A DNA stretch of 63,632 nt, the filler included, from Lama guanicoe (lineage: Eukaryota): assembly GCA_013239625.1 (NCBI GenBank). It is 152 parts of 152 records of this genome, joined end to end, with 100 filler letters (N's around TTAATTAATTAA, not from the genome) between each part and the next. Parts side by side here need not be neighbours in the genome. Positions count along the whole stretch, not along the records: positions 36,861 to 37,176 come from PNXV01055869.1; positions 37,277 to 37,595 come from PNXV01055870.1; positions 37,696 to 38,015 come from PNXV01055871.1; positions 38,116 to 38,435 come from PNXV01055872.1; positions 38,536 to 38,854 come from PNXV01055873.1; positions 38,955 to 39,274 come from PNXV01055874.1; positions 39,375 to 39,693 come from PNXV01055875.1; positions 39,794 to 40,113 come from PNXV01055876.1; 144 more parts are not named here. One strand, given 5' to 3'. Position 1 is the stretch's first letter; the number at the start of each line of letters is the position of its first letter. Both the position numbers and the translations under genes were made by a program. Of this stretch, positions 36,905 to 49,770 are shown one piece after another. The notes beneath the pieces were generated by a model, which did no database searches, was not told where the DNA came from, and saw only the letters and a program-made list of their open reading frames with translations.

Positions 36905-37009
36905 CTTTCATTATGTTCATTTATTTATTTATTTTTAATGGAGGTCCTTAATCCCCAGGACCTTGTGCATGCTAAGCATGTGCTCTACCACTGACATGTA
37001 CCCTCCCCC
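36861..37009 (-). mobile_element. Camelid-type tRNA-derived SINE (vic-1-like) with simple-repeat tail
   Basis: Minus strand GGGGGAGGGTACATGTCAGTGGTAGAGCACATGCTTAGCATGCACAAGGTCCTGGG...ACCTCCATTAAAAATAAATAAAT then (GAAA)n(GA)n. Confidence 0.85.
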
Positions 37010-37276
37010 TAATTTCTAATTTTCAATAATTGTACCATGGTCATTTAGAGAAAGGTAGACAGGAACTCTCACTGTACTATGTTCGTAACTCCTAAGTCTA
37101 AAATTTTAAAACTAAAATAAAAATTTTAAAAAAGGAGATAATCGGACAAGAGCGGCCTTAAAAGACGATGCACTGGNNNNNNNNNNNNNNNNNNNNNNNN
37201 NNNNNNNNNNNNNNNNNNNNTTAATTAATTAANNNNNNNNNNNNNNNNNNNNNNNNNNNNNNNNNNNNNNNNNNNN

Positions 37277-37595
37277 TGTTTCTACTTCTGTATACACCAC
37301 CAAAAATTTAGTTTCCATCTATCACCATACTGTTGGTATAGTTGATACCTTTAACGTATTTCACCCTCCCTTGCCATTCCTCTCTGGTAACCACTACTCA
37401 GTCTCTATACCTACGTGTTTGTTTTCGTATAGTTTGGTTTGTTAATTTATTTTGGTTTTTTGTTTGTTTCTTTGTTTTTTATATTCCACATATGAATGAA
37501 ATCACATTTGTCTTTCTCCGTCTGACTTATTTCACTTAGCATAATGCTCTCAAATCCATCCATGTTGTTGCAAAAGGCAAAGACTTGATCTTTTT
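37277..37595 (-). mobile_element. LINE-1 3' UTR (antisense)
   Basis: ctctggtaaccactactc...tatattccacatatgaatgaaatcac...gtctgacttatttcacttagcataatgctctcaaatccatccatgttgttgcaaa. Confidence 0.9.
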
Positions 37596-37695
37596 NNNNN
37601 NNNNNNNNNNNNNNNNNNNNNNNNNNNNNNNNNNNNNNNTTAATTAATTAANNNNNNNNNNNNNNNNNNNNNNNNNNNNNNNNNNNNNNNNNNNN

Positions 37696-38015
37696 GGGAA
37701 GTAAACTTAGCTTCATCCGCAGGCAGAAGGGGTGATTTTGACGCTTCTTGTCCCCAAGGGCAGTGAAATTGAGGACACTGGGATTTATTAAATCCATCTG
37801 CTCACCAAGAACCAATCACTCCCTGCGTGTTTTCTGTGTGCTTCTGGGACCCTCTGTGGATTTCCTCTTCTATTATAAGATGAAAGGATGGAGGTGGTCT
37901 GCATCTGTATAAAATATATATTCTACCAATCTGCAAGTTCTACACCTTTACCTGTATAGAATATTTTCTTTATTCCCTGATCTGTAACTTTGTCTACTCA
38001 AAAGCACCTGAATAA
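37696..38015 (+). repeat. Near-duplicate of 60373-60692 (reverse complement)
   Basis: Same end points, about 18 substitutions by manual count, 49 identical terminal bases at each end. Confidence 0.97.
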
Positions 38016-39793
38016 NNNNNNNNNNNNNNNNNNNNNNNNNNNNNNNNNNNNNNNNNNNNTTAATTAATTAANNNNNNNNNNNNNNNNNNNNNNNNNNNNN
38101 NNNNNNNNNNNNNNNATATATATTTTACGTATGTTCTACAACACTCACAAAGAAAGAACAGAGAATTTAGATCTCTCTCCAGAAATAAGTATTGGAGATT
38201 ATATATGTGTGTGTATTTTTTCTTCTTTGTTTCAATAAAGTCAGAGTTAAACTGCAACTTTGCTTAGAGGTGAGAACTTACCTTCAAAAACAGTAAGCAG
38301 AATGCTGGATATCCGGGCAATGTTCAAATATCAAATGGGATCCTAAGCAGTTAACTTAACTATGAATAAATCCTGATTTCAAGCAGAACTGGTAAAATAA
38401 GCTTAATAATTCAATTAAGTATCAAACTACTCCAANNNNNNNNNNNNNNNNNNNNNNNNNNNNNNNNNNNNNNNNNNNNTTAATTAATTAANNNNNNNNN
38501 NNNNNNNNNNNNNNNNNNNNNNNNNNNNNNNNNNNTGGCCGGGGCCTGTCCCTTTGCGCATGCTGCATGTCTTGGAATCCAAACTAAGTGACACACAATT
38601 AGGAACTTCACGGCATGCAATGCTGAGTGCAAAGGGCTTGTGCAGCCACGGTTTCGGCAGGGGCAAAGGCAGAACTACGGGCCTCTCTGGGACTGATGCC
38701 TGGGCGGGGAGAGCCGGCACTCCAAGCCGGCAGGAGAGGCAGAGGTGTCTTTGTCAGGAGTCCCAGGACATGGGAGTGGTCCCCTGAGATGTGTGCTTCG
38801 TACCTGGGCCTCAGGGGGCATGGGAGTTGCTGGTGGGAGGCAAGAAACAAGTTCNNNNNNNNNNNNNNNNNNNNNNNNNNNNNNNNNNNNNNNNNNNNTT
38901 AATTAATTAANNNNNNNNNNNNNNNNNNNNNNNNNNNNNNNNNNNNNNNNNNNNAAGCGTATATGTATCAAGTCCATATAGATTATCTTATGACATTTAT
39001 ACTACTTTATTTTTGTTTTGTTATTTACAGTTTATGTCTTTATAAATATATTGACGCATGTTAGGATTTATTTAGAACATATCTTTAAAATGTCCACAGT
39101 GAACACTTTTTATACTACACGTTTTAATACATATTTGCTGAATGCCTAGATTATGACATTTTGACTACTTAACTCTTTGAGTTTATTCTTTATTTAATTG
39201 ATGGAAACATAGGTGTGTGTATGTGTATATGTGTGTAGGTGTATATATGCTTATGAGAAATACAGGGAGGAAAANNNNNNNNNNNNNNNNNNNNNNNNNN
39301 NNNNNNNNNNNNNNNNNNTTAATTAATTAANNNNNNNNNNNNNNNNNNNNNNNNNNNNNNNNNNNNNNNNNNNNGCAAGGAACCAGGAAGGATAGAAGGA
39401 TGGCAGTTCTTTTGTTTTCTTGTTTTTGAAGTGCCAGTGATGGCAGCATGAGAAGCTGGGTGGCTTTTGTTTTATCAGTGACCTAAGGGAGTCTGTGCAG
39501 GTTACTACATGGAGCATATGATGTAACTTTTAAAGTAAAACAAATTAGCAACTGTTTAAATTAAGTGGTGTCCCTCTTCTGAATGGTCTTGGAGGACCTC
39601 TGGATAGTTTAATTTTATTTGAATTATTTAGTTATTTTCCATCCAAGGTCTCAGTGTAGTTTCAGGATTTACATCAGCATTGGATTCACCTAANNNNNNN
39701 NNNNNNNNNNNNNNNNNNNNNNNNNNNNNNNNNNNNNTTAATTAATTAANNNNNNNNNNNNNNNNNNNNNNNNNNNNNNNNNNNNNNNNNNNN

Positions 39794-40113
39794 ATAAATG
39801 GATAAACAAATATGGTATACTGATACAATCAAATATTATTCAACCACAAATAGGTAAGTTCTAATACATGGTATAACATGATGAGCCTTGAAAACGTTAT
39901 GCTAAGTGAAAACGGCAGATACAAAAGGCCGCACAGTATGATTGCATTTATATGAAATGTCCAGTACAGGCTTATCCATAGAGACAGAAAGGAGATTAGT
40001 GCTTGCCAGGGGCTGGAGAAAAGGGAGCAATTACTGCCAGTGGAACTGGGGTTTCTTTTTGGGGACATGAAAGCATTCTGGAATTCTAGGGGATTCTATA
40101 TGGTAGTGTAGGA
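39794..40113 (+). mobile_element. Old LINE-1 3' end (L1MB/ME-like)
   Basis: aatggataaacaaatatggtata...gagccttgaaaacgttatgctaagtgaaa...atatgaaatgtccag...tccatagagacagaaag. Confidence 0.88.
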
Positions 40114-40213
40114 NNNNNNNNNNNNNNNNNNNNNNNNNNNNNNNNNNNNNNNNNNNNTTAATTAATTAANNNNNNNNNNNNNNNNNNNNNNNNNNNNNNN
40201 NNNNNNNNNNNNN

Positions 40214-40343
40214 GGCACTAATTCCATCAAGAGGGCCCCACCCTCATGAGCTCATCTAAACAGAATTAACTCCCAAAGGTCCCACCTCTAAAAACTATCA
40301 TATTGAGGATATGAGTTGTGGAAATCATAATTCAGTCCAGAGC
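40214..40343 (-). mobile_element. MLT1/MaLR LTR terminus
   Basis: ggcactaattccatcaagagggccccaccctcatgagctcatctaaac...ctcccaaaggtcccacctct...attcagtccagagca. Confidence 0.8.
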
Positions 40344-41489
40344 AGTCACCGGGCCTCATGCACCATAGGGTTCTCAGCCATCAGCTTTTCATGGTCGGCT
40401 ACTTAAACTCAGCCAGAGCAGGTTGTTCACGGGCACCAGCTTTTTAACAAGGATGTTCCAATCGTTGCCCTGCAGTTGCTCACATAGGGCTCTCAGAGGC
40501 TGTCAGGGTTTGCAGCCATAAATCCAAGGTAATNNNNNNNNNNNNNNNNNNNNNNNNNNNNNNNNNNNNNNNNNNNNTTAATTAATTAANNNNNNNNNNN
40601 NNNNNNNNNNNNNNNNNNNNNNNNNNNNNNNNNGACCCCCACCTCAGCAGTCCCGTGTGTGTGCATTCACTCAGTCAGGGAAGATTTCGCAACACCCTCA
40701 GGTCTCACTGCCGACTGACCCTCAGTCTCCCAGGAACCTGACGGGAAAACTCGGGCAGATGAAATGGTGGACACAGTGTTGAAGCTGTGTTCCCAACCCC
40801 AAGGCACACTGTGAGACCAGGAGAATGCTTTTTAAAATTTGTCTCTCCTCATCCCCTGCCCCTCCACCCCAGGCATTTGAAAAGAAATCTCTCGGGGCCA
40901 CCCAGCTCGTGAAACAGAGGGGAGGTCGGTGACTACACAGGACAAAGGCTACNNNNNNNNNNNNNNNNNNNNNNNNNNNNNNNNNNNNNNNNNNNNTTAA
41001 TTAATTAANNNNNNNNNNNNNNNNNNNNNNNNNNNNNNNNNNNNNNNNNNNNATGGAGGAACTGTGATTTGCTGAGCTTTGCAGGATCGGTAGTATGTGA
41101 CATGCGTAGATGAGCAAGAAGGGCATTACAGGCAAAGGTATAGTGAGAGCACAGATCTGGAGCACGAAAAGAGCAGCGCACGAATAAATGGAGAGCAGGA
41201 ATCTCCTCGGTGTGCATGGAACACAGGCTGTGTGAGTGGGAGCAGCGGGAGACAAGGCTGAGGCCCAGTCATGGATTTAGATGACTTAGATTTTACTGAG
41301 TAGGTTGAATGCTTTTCAGGTACAGACATCATACCAAGTGCTACACAAGTGTTATCTCCCTTTACTGCCATTNNNNNNNNNNNNNNNNNNNNNNNNNNNN
41401 NNNNNNNNNNNNNNNNTTAATTAATTAANNNNNNNNNNNNNNNNNNNNNNNNNNNNNNNNNNNNNNNNNNNNCTCCTCAGGTCAGAAGA

Positions 41490-41792
41490 TCTTCCCCACC
41501 AGGGCAAGTCTCCACAGTGCAGTTCTGATGCTGACTGGCTGGAGTTAGCACAGACCCCGCAGAAGGGACTGTCCCCAACTAGACTGTCCGCACTCCACAC
41601 ACCAGCCACAGGCTCCTGGCCTCCCGGGCCCCTAACGGACTCACTGATGTTTGGGCCTCCTGCTGCCCCCAGTTCAGCAGGTCCCTGGAACAACTCAGTC
41701 CAGTGCTCGCTTATGACCTCAGTCTTACCATAAAGGGTAAGAACCAGGCCCAGACAAGTGAAGAGGCGCCCGGGGCCCGGTCTGGGAGGGCC
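41490..41792. mobile_element. MER21-like LTR fragment, GC-shifted
   Basis: cagttctgatgctgac...ggagttagcacagacccc...agactgtccgcactccacacaccagcc...tgaagaggcgcccggggcccggtctgggaggg. Confidence 0.55.
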
Positions 41793-42312
41793 NNNNNNNN
41801 NNNNNNNNNNNNNNNNNNNNNNNNNNNNNNNNNNNNTTAATTAATTAANNNNNNNNNNNNNNNNNNNNNNNNNNNNNNNNNNNNNNNNNNNNGGCCCATG
41901 ACATAGATTTTCATTTCAAGGGTAAAAGAACATTCCAGGGCGTTTAGCTCTCATGGTTGCTAAGATCTTCCTCTGTTTGGGGCAGAAGCTCCGTTACTAG
42001 TGTTTGACGGTAATAAATAGGGCTGTTGGAACATCTTTGCTCAAATACTTCTCTTTATCTTCTGGGTCATTTCCTTGGGGTTATAGCCCTGAAAGGAAAC
42101 GGTTGTGTCCAAGGGTGGGAATGGTCACTGGGTGCTTCTTACCCTGTGGGACTGTTGTTTGTAAAAGGACCATCCGAGTTGTGAATTCAGAATTGGAGTC
42201 AGCAGGATTTACNNNNNNNNNNNNNNNNNNNNNNNNNNNNNNNNNNNNNNNNNNNNTTAATTAATTAANNNNNNNNNNNNNNNNNNNNNNNNNNNNNNNN
42301 NNNNNNNNNNNN

Positions 42313-42632
42313 CAAATTTTGAACACACTTGAAATAAATGGAAAAGTGGAGTCTGAGAAAAGAAACAAAGATTCAGCAAAGTACTAGAAAATAAAAGATA
42401 AAAAAATTATAGAACTGAAAAAGTACAGTAACAAACTGAAAAAAAGTCTCAGTGAATGGTTTCAACAGTAGAAAAATGGAACAGAGGACAAAGCTGGAAG
42501 ATAGAACAATTAACTTACCTAACTTGAGCAAGAAACAGAAAAATCAGACTTAAAAAAAAAAGAAAGAAAAAGATGAATAGAGTTTCTGGGACCTGTGTAA
42601 ATATAACAAAAGATCTAACATGAATGTTTCAG
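42313..42632 (+). mobile_element. Old LINE-1 ORF1 (coiled-coil region) fragment
   Basis: aaaattatagaactgaaaaagtacagtaac...tgaatggtttcaacagtaga...gaagatagaacaat...gaatagagtttctgggacctgtgt. Confidence 0.75.
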
Positions 42633-42835
42633 NNNNNNNNNNNNNNNNNNNNNNNNNNNNNNNNNNNNNNNNNNNNTTAATTAATTAANNNNNNNNNNNN
42701 NNNNNNNNNNNNNNNNNNNNNNNNNNNNNNNNGGTAGCTTGGGAAGGAAGGGGTAGTAGGGTGTAAAATAGGATTTCTTTGTTCCACACTGCTTATTCCT
42801 AAACCTCTGATTCTATGTTTTGTTTTTTCCTTCAG

Positions 42836-43052
42836 GATCCAGCATTGCTCAGACGGTAACTCAAGACCAACCACCAATGTTAGTGCAGGATAAGGAGGCA
42901 GCGACACTGGACTGCACATACGACACCAGTGATACAGCTTATAATTTATTCTGGTACAAGCAGCCCAGCAGTGGGGAGACGACTTTCCTAATTGGTCAGG
43001 ACTCTTATAACCAGCAAAACGCCACAGAAGGTCGCTACTCATTGAATTTCCA
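42836..43052 (+). CDS. TRAV14: T-cell receptor alpha/delta variable gene, 5' part of the V exon (TRAV14/DV4-like)
   Basis: Acceptor tgttttttccttcag (AG 42834-42835), then [72 protein letters not shown], very close to human TRAV14/DV4. Truncated by the contig end. Confidence 0.92.
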
Positions 43053-43572
43053 NNNNNNNNNNNNNNNNNNNNNNNNNNNNNNNNNNNNNNNNNNNNTTAA
43101 TTAATTAANNNNNNNNNNNNNNNNNNNNNNNNNNNNNNNNNNNNNNNNNNNNTTTTTTTTTAGCAGCTCTTGAAATAAATATTCAGCATCCACTGACTCT
43201 TAAAATGCCTGTATAACAATGACATTTATTCAAGGCCCTACTGACCTCTGTACTTAGTCCTCACCACTTACTTCAGAGCAAATCCAATTGGAAGTAGGAA
43301 GACAGGTTGCCCTCACATTATGAGATGGCATCTGAGGACAGGGAGATGGAAGGAGTCTCAAGTCTGAACATCCTGGGAGGTGTAATGGACCATGACAGTC
43401 TTTCTCGAACTTCCAGACCAAGGCCCTTGCCATTTTCACATTATCCAAAGGTTTTTTCCCTTCAAAACCCCANNNNNNNNNNNNNNNNNNNNNNNNNNNN
43501 NNNNNNNNNNNNNNNNTTAATTAATTAANNNNNNNNNNNNNNNNNNNNNNNNNNNNNNNNNNNNNNNNNNNN

Positions 43573-43892
43573 TTTTTCATGGGAGTAGAACTGTTTGGAT
43601 CATATGGTAATTTCCTGTTTAGCATTTTGAGGAACTGCATGACTGTTTTCCAGATTAGTTGCACCATTTAAAAATCTGACCAATTTATCTGTCTTCTTTC
43701 TAGACATTCTAGAGGGTATGAAGTATTGCCTATTATGATTTTAACTTACACTATAATTATCAGTGATGTTGAGGACCTTTTCATATGCTTACTGGATATT
43801 TGAATCTTCTTTGACTTAATGTCTATTCCAATTACTTGCCCATTTTTTAATTGGGTTACTTGTCTTTCCACAGTCGAGGTGTATGAGTTCTT
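43573..43892 (-). mobile_element. LINE-1 ORF2 3' region (antisense)
   Basis: ggatcatatggtaattt...ttttgaggaactgcatgactgttttcca...agtgatgttgaggaccttttcatatgcttactgg. Confidence 0.88.
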
Positions 43893-46800
43893 NNNNNNNN
43901 NNNNNNNNNNNNNNNNNNNNNNNNNNNNNNNNNNNNTTAATTAATTAANNNNNNNNNNNNNNNNNNNNNNNNNNNNNNNNNNNNNNNNNNNNATCCTATG
44001 GAAGGCAGCTTCAGTCTGATCCCAGAGAGGAACCTGAGGCAAGGGAGCTAGGCTGCATGCCGCTAGACTTAGCTCTCTTCACGGGACAAAGGTACTCAAA
44101 TCATTGTGACCTGTGGAGCTGAGAAAGGACCTTGTTAAAGAGCCTCAGGTGCTGGCCTTTGAAAGTGCATGAAGCTGGGCAGGGGCTGGAGTGTCCACAT
44201 AAGCGAGAAGACGAATTTGAGGGTACCTGGGGGCAAGCTCCACCACTGCTCACTACAGCTTTCCTGACGGTTCAGTTGGACTTCCCCCTTGGCGATTCCC
44301 CAGAGTTCCCTGNNNNNNNNNNNNNNNNNNNNNNNNNNNNNNNNNNNNNNNNNNNNTTAATTAATTAANNNNNNNNNNNNNNNNNNNNNNNNNNNNNNNN
44401 NNNNNNNNNNNNCCCAGGGGAAAGGCTAGTTTTAAAAACAGCCACAAACAACCTGGAGGCCAGGTTGCAGATGACACCGAGGGCCATGTGGTGACCGCCC
44501 CCTCCTCTGTTCCAGCTGGATGATGTCAGCGGATGCCATCAGAGGGTGACGAGCCAAGGAGTTCAAACTTCCAGCTGCAAGCCCAGAGCATCACTTCCCA
44601 ACTGCCCATTTCCGAGGTGAACAGGCCCTTGAACTACAAGCGTGGCTCTGAGCATTGAGAACTGCACTGGAGAGGGTGGTAACAGGGTCCCAATGACCCC
44701 AAGGGGCTTTTAATGGGCTCCTTGGAGAAAACNNNNNNNNNNNNNNNNNNNNNNNNNNNNNNNNNNNNNNNNNNNNTTAATTAATTAANNNNNNNNNNNN
44801 NNNNNNNNNNNNNNNNNNNNNNNNNNNNNNNNAAAGAAAGAAAGAAAATTTCCTCTAGCTTATATTGTATTAAAGGAAGCATACAATGGGGAAAATGCAC
44901 AATATTTAAAGCTAAGTAATTTCCTAGCATCCAACTTATGTATTTAAAATAAATGACTTCAAATATGACAGCAGTCTAATTAATCTCCAGTGAGTTTGTT
45001 AGAATGGTGGCCCGTAAGTAAGGAATGCCTGTGCTGTAGTGACTAGAATCTTGTTTCCTGAATAGCACTTTGATGTCATGCATTTTAAGGTCATTTCTTC
45101 TCTTTGACTCTATATCCACTGAGCAAATATAAGCTGAGACATGAACTCCTAANNNNNNNNNNNNNNNNNNNNNNNNNNNNNNNNNNNNNNNNNNNNTTAA
45201 TTAATTAANNNNNNNNNNNNNNNNNNNNNNNNNNNNNNNNNNNNNNNNNNNNGGAGGCTGGAGCTAGGACGTCTTGGAAGCATAACTAGCCTGCCCATCC
45301 CTTTACCATGCTTTCGCCCACTTCTCCCAGAGGCAGCTTCCCTTCCAGACATGTATTCAAAGGGGGAATCCTTTGCTTCCCTAAAAGATGCTTACTCTAG
45401 TCTCCCACCCAACACGTATGAGGAAGTTCTTCTTGCAAACTAGCCACAATCACTACAGCTGCAACTGGACACGTGGCAAAGAAGGGTGCTCAAACCCCCA
45501 ACCTGCAAAAATACATTTCTTCGTTGGAGTGCCTACCAGAGGCTTAAGTGAGACACAGAGGTGGGGAGGGGANNNNNNNNNNNNNNNNNNNNNNNNNNNN
45601 NNNNNNNNNNNNNNNNTTAATTAATTAANNNNNNNNNNNNNNNNNNNNNNNNNNNNNNNNNNNNNNNNNNNNTTTTTTTAACATGAAGCTCTTTTTAAAC
45701 CTAAAATTTGTTATTTTATAATTCTGACAATTGATCTGATTGGGAACGATTAACTGTGAAATGATGTAGTAAAGTTACTAAAGGCAACCGCTGATACTGT
45801 GTATGAACTACGGTTCCAGAATTACAGTGCATGGATCTACCCTTACCTGGACCACATTTTGAAATATAATTCAAAATAATTATGATATTTTATGATAAAG
45901 TATATTAGAAACGTTTAAATGAATTAAAATATGTCAAATATGAGAATAATTTATTTGGCTGTAATTGAAACAAGACATATATAGAAAAAAAANNNNNNNN
46001 NNNNNNNNNNNNNNNNNNNNNNNNNNNNNNNNNNNNTTAATTAATTAANNNNNNNNNNNNNNNNNNNNNNNNNNNNNNNNNNNNNNNNNNNNGAAGAAGA
46101 AGACGAAGACGAAGAAGAAGAGTTTAAAAACAAAGAGGAAGACTTGGTTCTTTGTCATTTCTTCAGTCATCAACACCAGCACAAGGTTTTCTCTACTTCT
46201 TCCTAGACTGTTCATATATATGTTCATATATATTTATTTAGTTGGAACATTAGTGGACTAGTTTTAGAAAATACCTTGATTATTAAAAAAAATTAGATGT
46301 CTATAAACAGAAAGCAGTGTATGAAATTCTGCTATGAAGGAAGATGTCAATTTAAGAAACAGAATGTTACCTGGTCTTGTTTGTGACTGTTGAAAGTATT
46401 TATATGAAAATANNNNNNNNNNNNNNNNNNNNNNNNNNNNNNNNNNNNNNNNNNNNTTAATTAATTAANNNNNNNNNNNNNNNNNNNNNNNNNNNNNNNN
46501 NNNNNNNNNNNNAAAAAAAGACAGTATGTGCCATGGGTAGTGTACATACTAAAAGTTAGATGTGTAGGTAAGTAGTGTTACCTCGCTATTATCATCCTTT
46601 ATGTAATCAATACAGTGTTAAAGACACACACACGTTATCTCCTTTAGTTCTCGAACTGCCCTTGAGGAATACTAATATCATCCTACGGTTGGACATCTTT
46701 ATGATTATTACCTTAAACTCTTTATTGGGTAAATTGCTCATTTCTACTTTATTTAGTTCTTTTTCTGAGTTTATGTGCTGTTAATTTATTTGAAGCATAT

Positions 46801-48199
46801 TCTGCTGCTTCCTCATGTTGCCCAGTTCTCTGNNNNNNNNNNNNNNNNNNNNNNNNNNNNNNNNNNNNNNNNNNNNTTAATTAATTAANNNNNNNNNNNN
46901 NNNNNNNNNNNNNNNNNNNNNNNNNNNNNNNNACACACACACTATAGATTTACACAGATACACATTTGTATAGTCCCCTCCCCCTGCCTGGGGTTCCACT
47001 GAATCCAGCATTTAAAGGGACTTGCTGGAGGGGCTCCCTTGAAGGAGCATCAGCCCGTTCGAGTCCCTGACTCCTCAGAAACCATCCAGAGAGCTGCCCC
47101 CTTGGCCCTCTCCCCTGCGTCCTCACCCCACTCCCACCCGGCAGCCCCCTCCGGTCCTAGCTGGCCCCTCTGCAGCCCCTGAGGATGCAAACCCCACAGT
47201 GGCTGTCGCTGCTCCTGCCCTCACGCCCACAGCGGCGGGCTCACACTGGGCCNNNNNNNNNNNNNNNNNNNNNNNNNNNNNNNNNNNNNNNNNNNNTTAA
47301 TTAATTAANNNNNNNNNNNNNNNNNNNNNNNNNNNNNNNNNNNNNNNNNNNNAACTCCTTATTCCAGATGGTGCTTAGAGTCCTGAACCCCATCAGTCAC
47401 CCTTTCAGTGGTATCGGGGACCGGAAAAGGGCAGGAGAGGAGCTGAAACGCAGCAGTGATGGGGCTCTGGGACTACAGAGGACACAAGCCTACACAGGGA
47501 GGGCACCAGCCTCTGCAAGCAGACACATGTCCCTGAGACAGGGATGGCCTCTTGCATAAACCCGGTCCCTCACCCATACCCCACTGCTTCTTTATGTTCT
47601 CTGAATATTTCAATTTGCTGCTAAAATGCCACTAGCAGCTTGCTTTCTCTGGGAATGGGTTTGGCTTTATTTNNNNNNNNNNNNNNNNNNNNNNNNNNNN
47701 NNNNNNNNNNNNNNNNTTAATTAATTAANNNNNNNNNNNNNNNNNNNNNNNNNNNNNNNNNNNNNNNNNNNNGTCCTTTTCCTCCACGTCTCCCAGTCTT
47801 GACTCTGATGCCTGCATCTGCCCCCACTCAGCGGCTCACCTGCTCGTGCCCCCCCCCAACTGCCCAGCTCTCCACCTTGCCCCCCACCCCCAGTGATTCT
47901 CACCCGAGGATGCATGACCCCCAAGGCTGGCCTATCAACATCACCTTTCAGGAATGTTTTTGTGTTTTCTGTTTGGATTTTTTTGGTTTTGTTTTTGTTT
48001 TGAGCAGAGCACTGCTCACCCTCAGATGTGTTGCTAGGCCTCCCTTGGGGTCCATGCCCACAGCCCTCCCTCGGGTGAAATTCACCCCCCCCNNNNNNNN
48101 NNNNNNNNNNNNNNNNNNNNNNNNNNNNNNNNNNNNTTAATTAATTAANNNNNNNNNNNNNNNNNNNNNNNNNNNNNNNNNNNNNNNNNNNNAGGGCAG

Positions 48200-48360
48200 T
48201 TTAAGGGAGGGTTTCTTCAAGTCTGGTCTCCTGACGCTGCAGAAGCCTCGGGGATGCTTGTAGAAATGCAGATTCCAAGGCTACACTCAGGCTTCACAAA
48301 TCAACATGACTTGAAGCCAGGGCCTCGGAATCTGTATTTTTGACAAAAGACCTCCCCGCC
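48200..48360. mobile_element. MER5A-like hAT element fragment
   Basis: gatgcttgtagaaatgcagattcc...agggcctcggaatctgtatttttgacaa. Confidence 0.65.
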
Positions 48361-49452
48361 ATGCTTCAATCTTGGGATTTTTAGAAATTCTAAGGTTTTA
48401 AATCCACTGAAAGATGGTAAAGTGTAAAGAATTTAAAGACAGGAAACTCAAGTTCTAACTGTGGGTGTGTGACCTTGGGAGTCACTGGACTCACTGAGCC
48501 TTCATCCCTTGGNNNNNNNNNNNNNNNNNNNNNNNNNNNNNNNNNNNNNNNNNNNNTTAATTAATTAANNNNNNNNNNNNNNNNNNNNNNNNNNNNNNNN
48601 NNNNNNNNNNNNAATCCGAAGAATTAACACAACAGTGGGTGTTTTATGCCCACTAAGTGTTGGGGTGGTTTGTTACACAGCAACAAATAACTGAAACAAA
48701 GTGTATTTTCCAGTCCATGGCAGTCTGAAGGTGAAGATTTGGATGACAACTACAATTTCAATGTAGTATTTTGGCTGTACCTTCACCTACTTTGTGGTAA
48801 CTCCATTCCCATCATGTTCTTCCCACATAATTTCTCTAAGGGATATCTAGAACATACAAATGTGGACCAGTCCTTTTGGCCACCATTTGATATTGGCTAT
48901 TTTAAAATTCTCACTTGGATGACATCTCTGCTNNNNNNNNNNNNNNNNNNNNNNNNNNNNNNNNNNNNNNNNNNNNTTAATTAATTAANNNNNNNNNNNN
49001 NNNNNNNNNNNNNNNNNNNNNNNNNNNNNNNNGTCTTCTCCTCTAACTAGGAAGTGGAGGAAGGTGACAGAGAGGAACAAATGGGAGAAAAGAATTTCCA
49101 AGTTTGTATGTTAAGTCCTGAAGAGAACCACAACTTAACAATATATGAGTCAACCATAATTAACTACTTGAGAGTTTGAGAAGTGAACTACCATATGTAA
49201 TATTGCCTAGGGTTTCAGATTGGCTTCAGGGTAACACACAAGCAGTGAAGACCAGAATAGCAAAGCAAAGGCTTTGAAAATTAAACTGGTATTTGAAATA
49301 AAGCATGTAAGAGCAGGGTAGGACATGCCTTTGAACCTTAACAGATTCTCTGNNNNNNNNNNNNNNNNNNNNNNNNNNNNNNNNNNNNNNNNNNNNTTAA
49401 TTAATTAANNNNNNNNNNNNNNNNNNNNNNNNNNNNNNNNNNNNNNNNNNNN

Positions 49453-49628
49453 CGCGGCGCCCGCCTCCAGGGGGCCCAGCCCCGCCGCCGCCGCCACCGC
49501 CGCCCGCGAGGAGCGGGTCCCGCCGCCGGGCGTCCGGGCGTCTCCGCGAGTCCGAGCCGCAGCCGGAGTCCCTGCGGGAGCGGGAGCGCGAGCGGGAGCC
49601 GGGCCGGGCGCGGTGGGCGCCGCCCGCC
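49453..49628 (+). promoter_or_regulatory. BRI3: CpG-island 5' UTR/promoter of BRI3
   Basis: Extremely GC-rich (CCG)n-containing sequence ending in a strong Kozak context CCCGCCATGG. Confidence 0.8.
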
Positions 49629-49770
49629 ATGGACCACAAGCCCCTGCTGCAGGAGCGGCCGCCCGCCTACAACCTGGAGGCAGGCCAGGGCGACTTCGCG
49701 TGCGGCCCGCACGGCTACGGCGCCATCCCCGCCGCCGCCCCGCCGCCGCCGCACCCCTCCCTCCTCACAG
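49629..49770 (+). CDS. BRI3: Brain protein I3, coding part of exon 1
   Basis: [48 protein letters not shown] then CAG|GT at 49770/49771. Human as recalled: [48 protein letters not shown]. Confidence 0.97.

Noticed and set aside
36932..37009. tRNA-like sequence as a tRNA gene
   Set aside because: B-box disrupted, no complete cloverleaf and an A-rich simple-repeat tail; it is a SINE
38276..38345. Strong minus-strand donor AAG|GTAAGT suggesting a 61-nt coding exon
   Set aside because: The acceptor lacks a pyrimidine tract and all three frames contain a stop
40771..40810. CACAGTG heptamer as a possible RSS
   Set aside because: No nonamer at 12 or 23 bp and no V/D/J coding sequence adjacent
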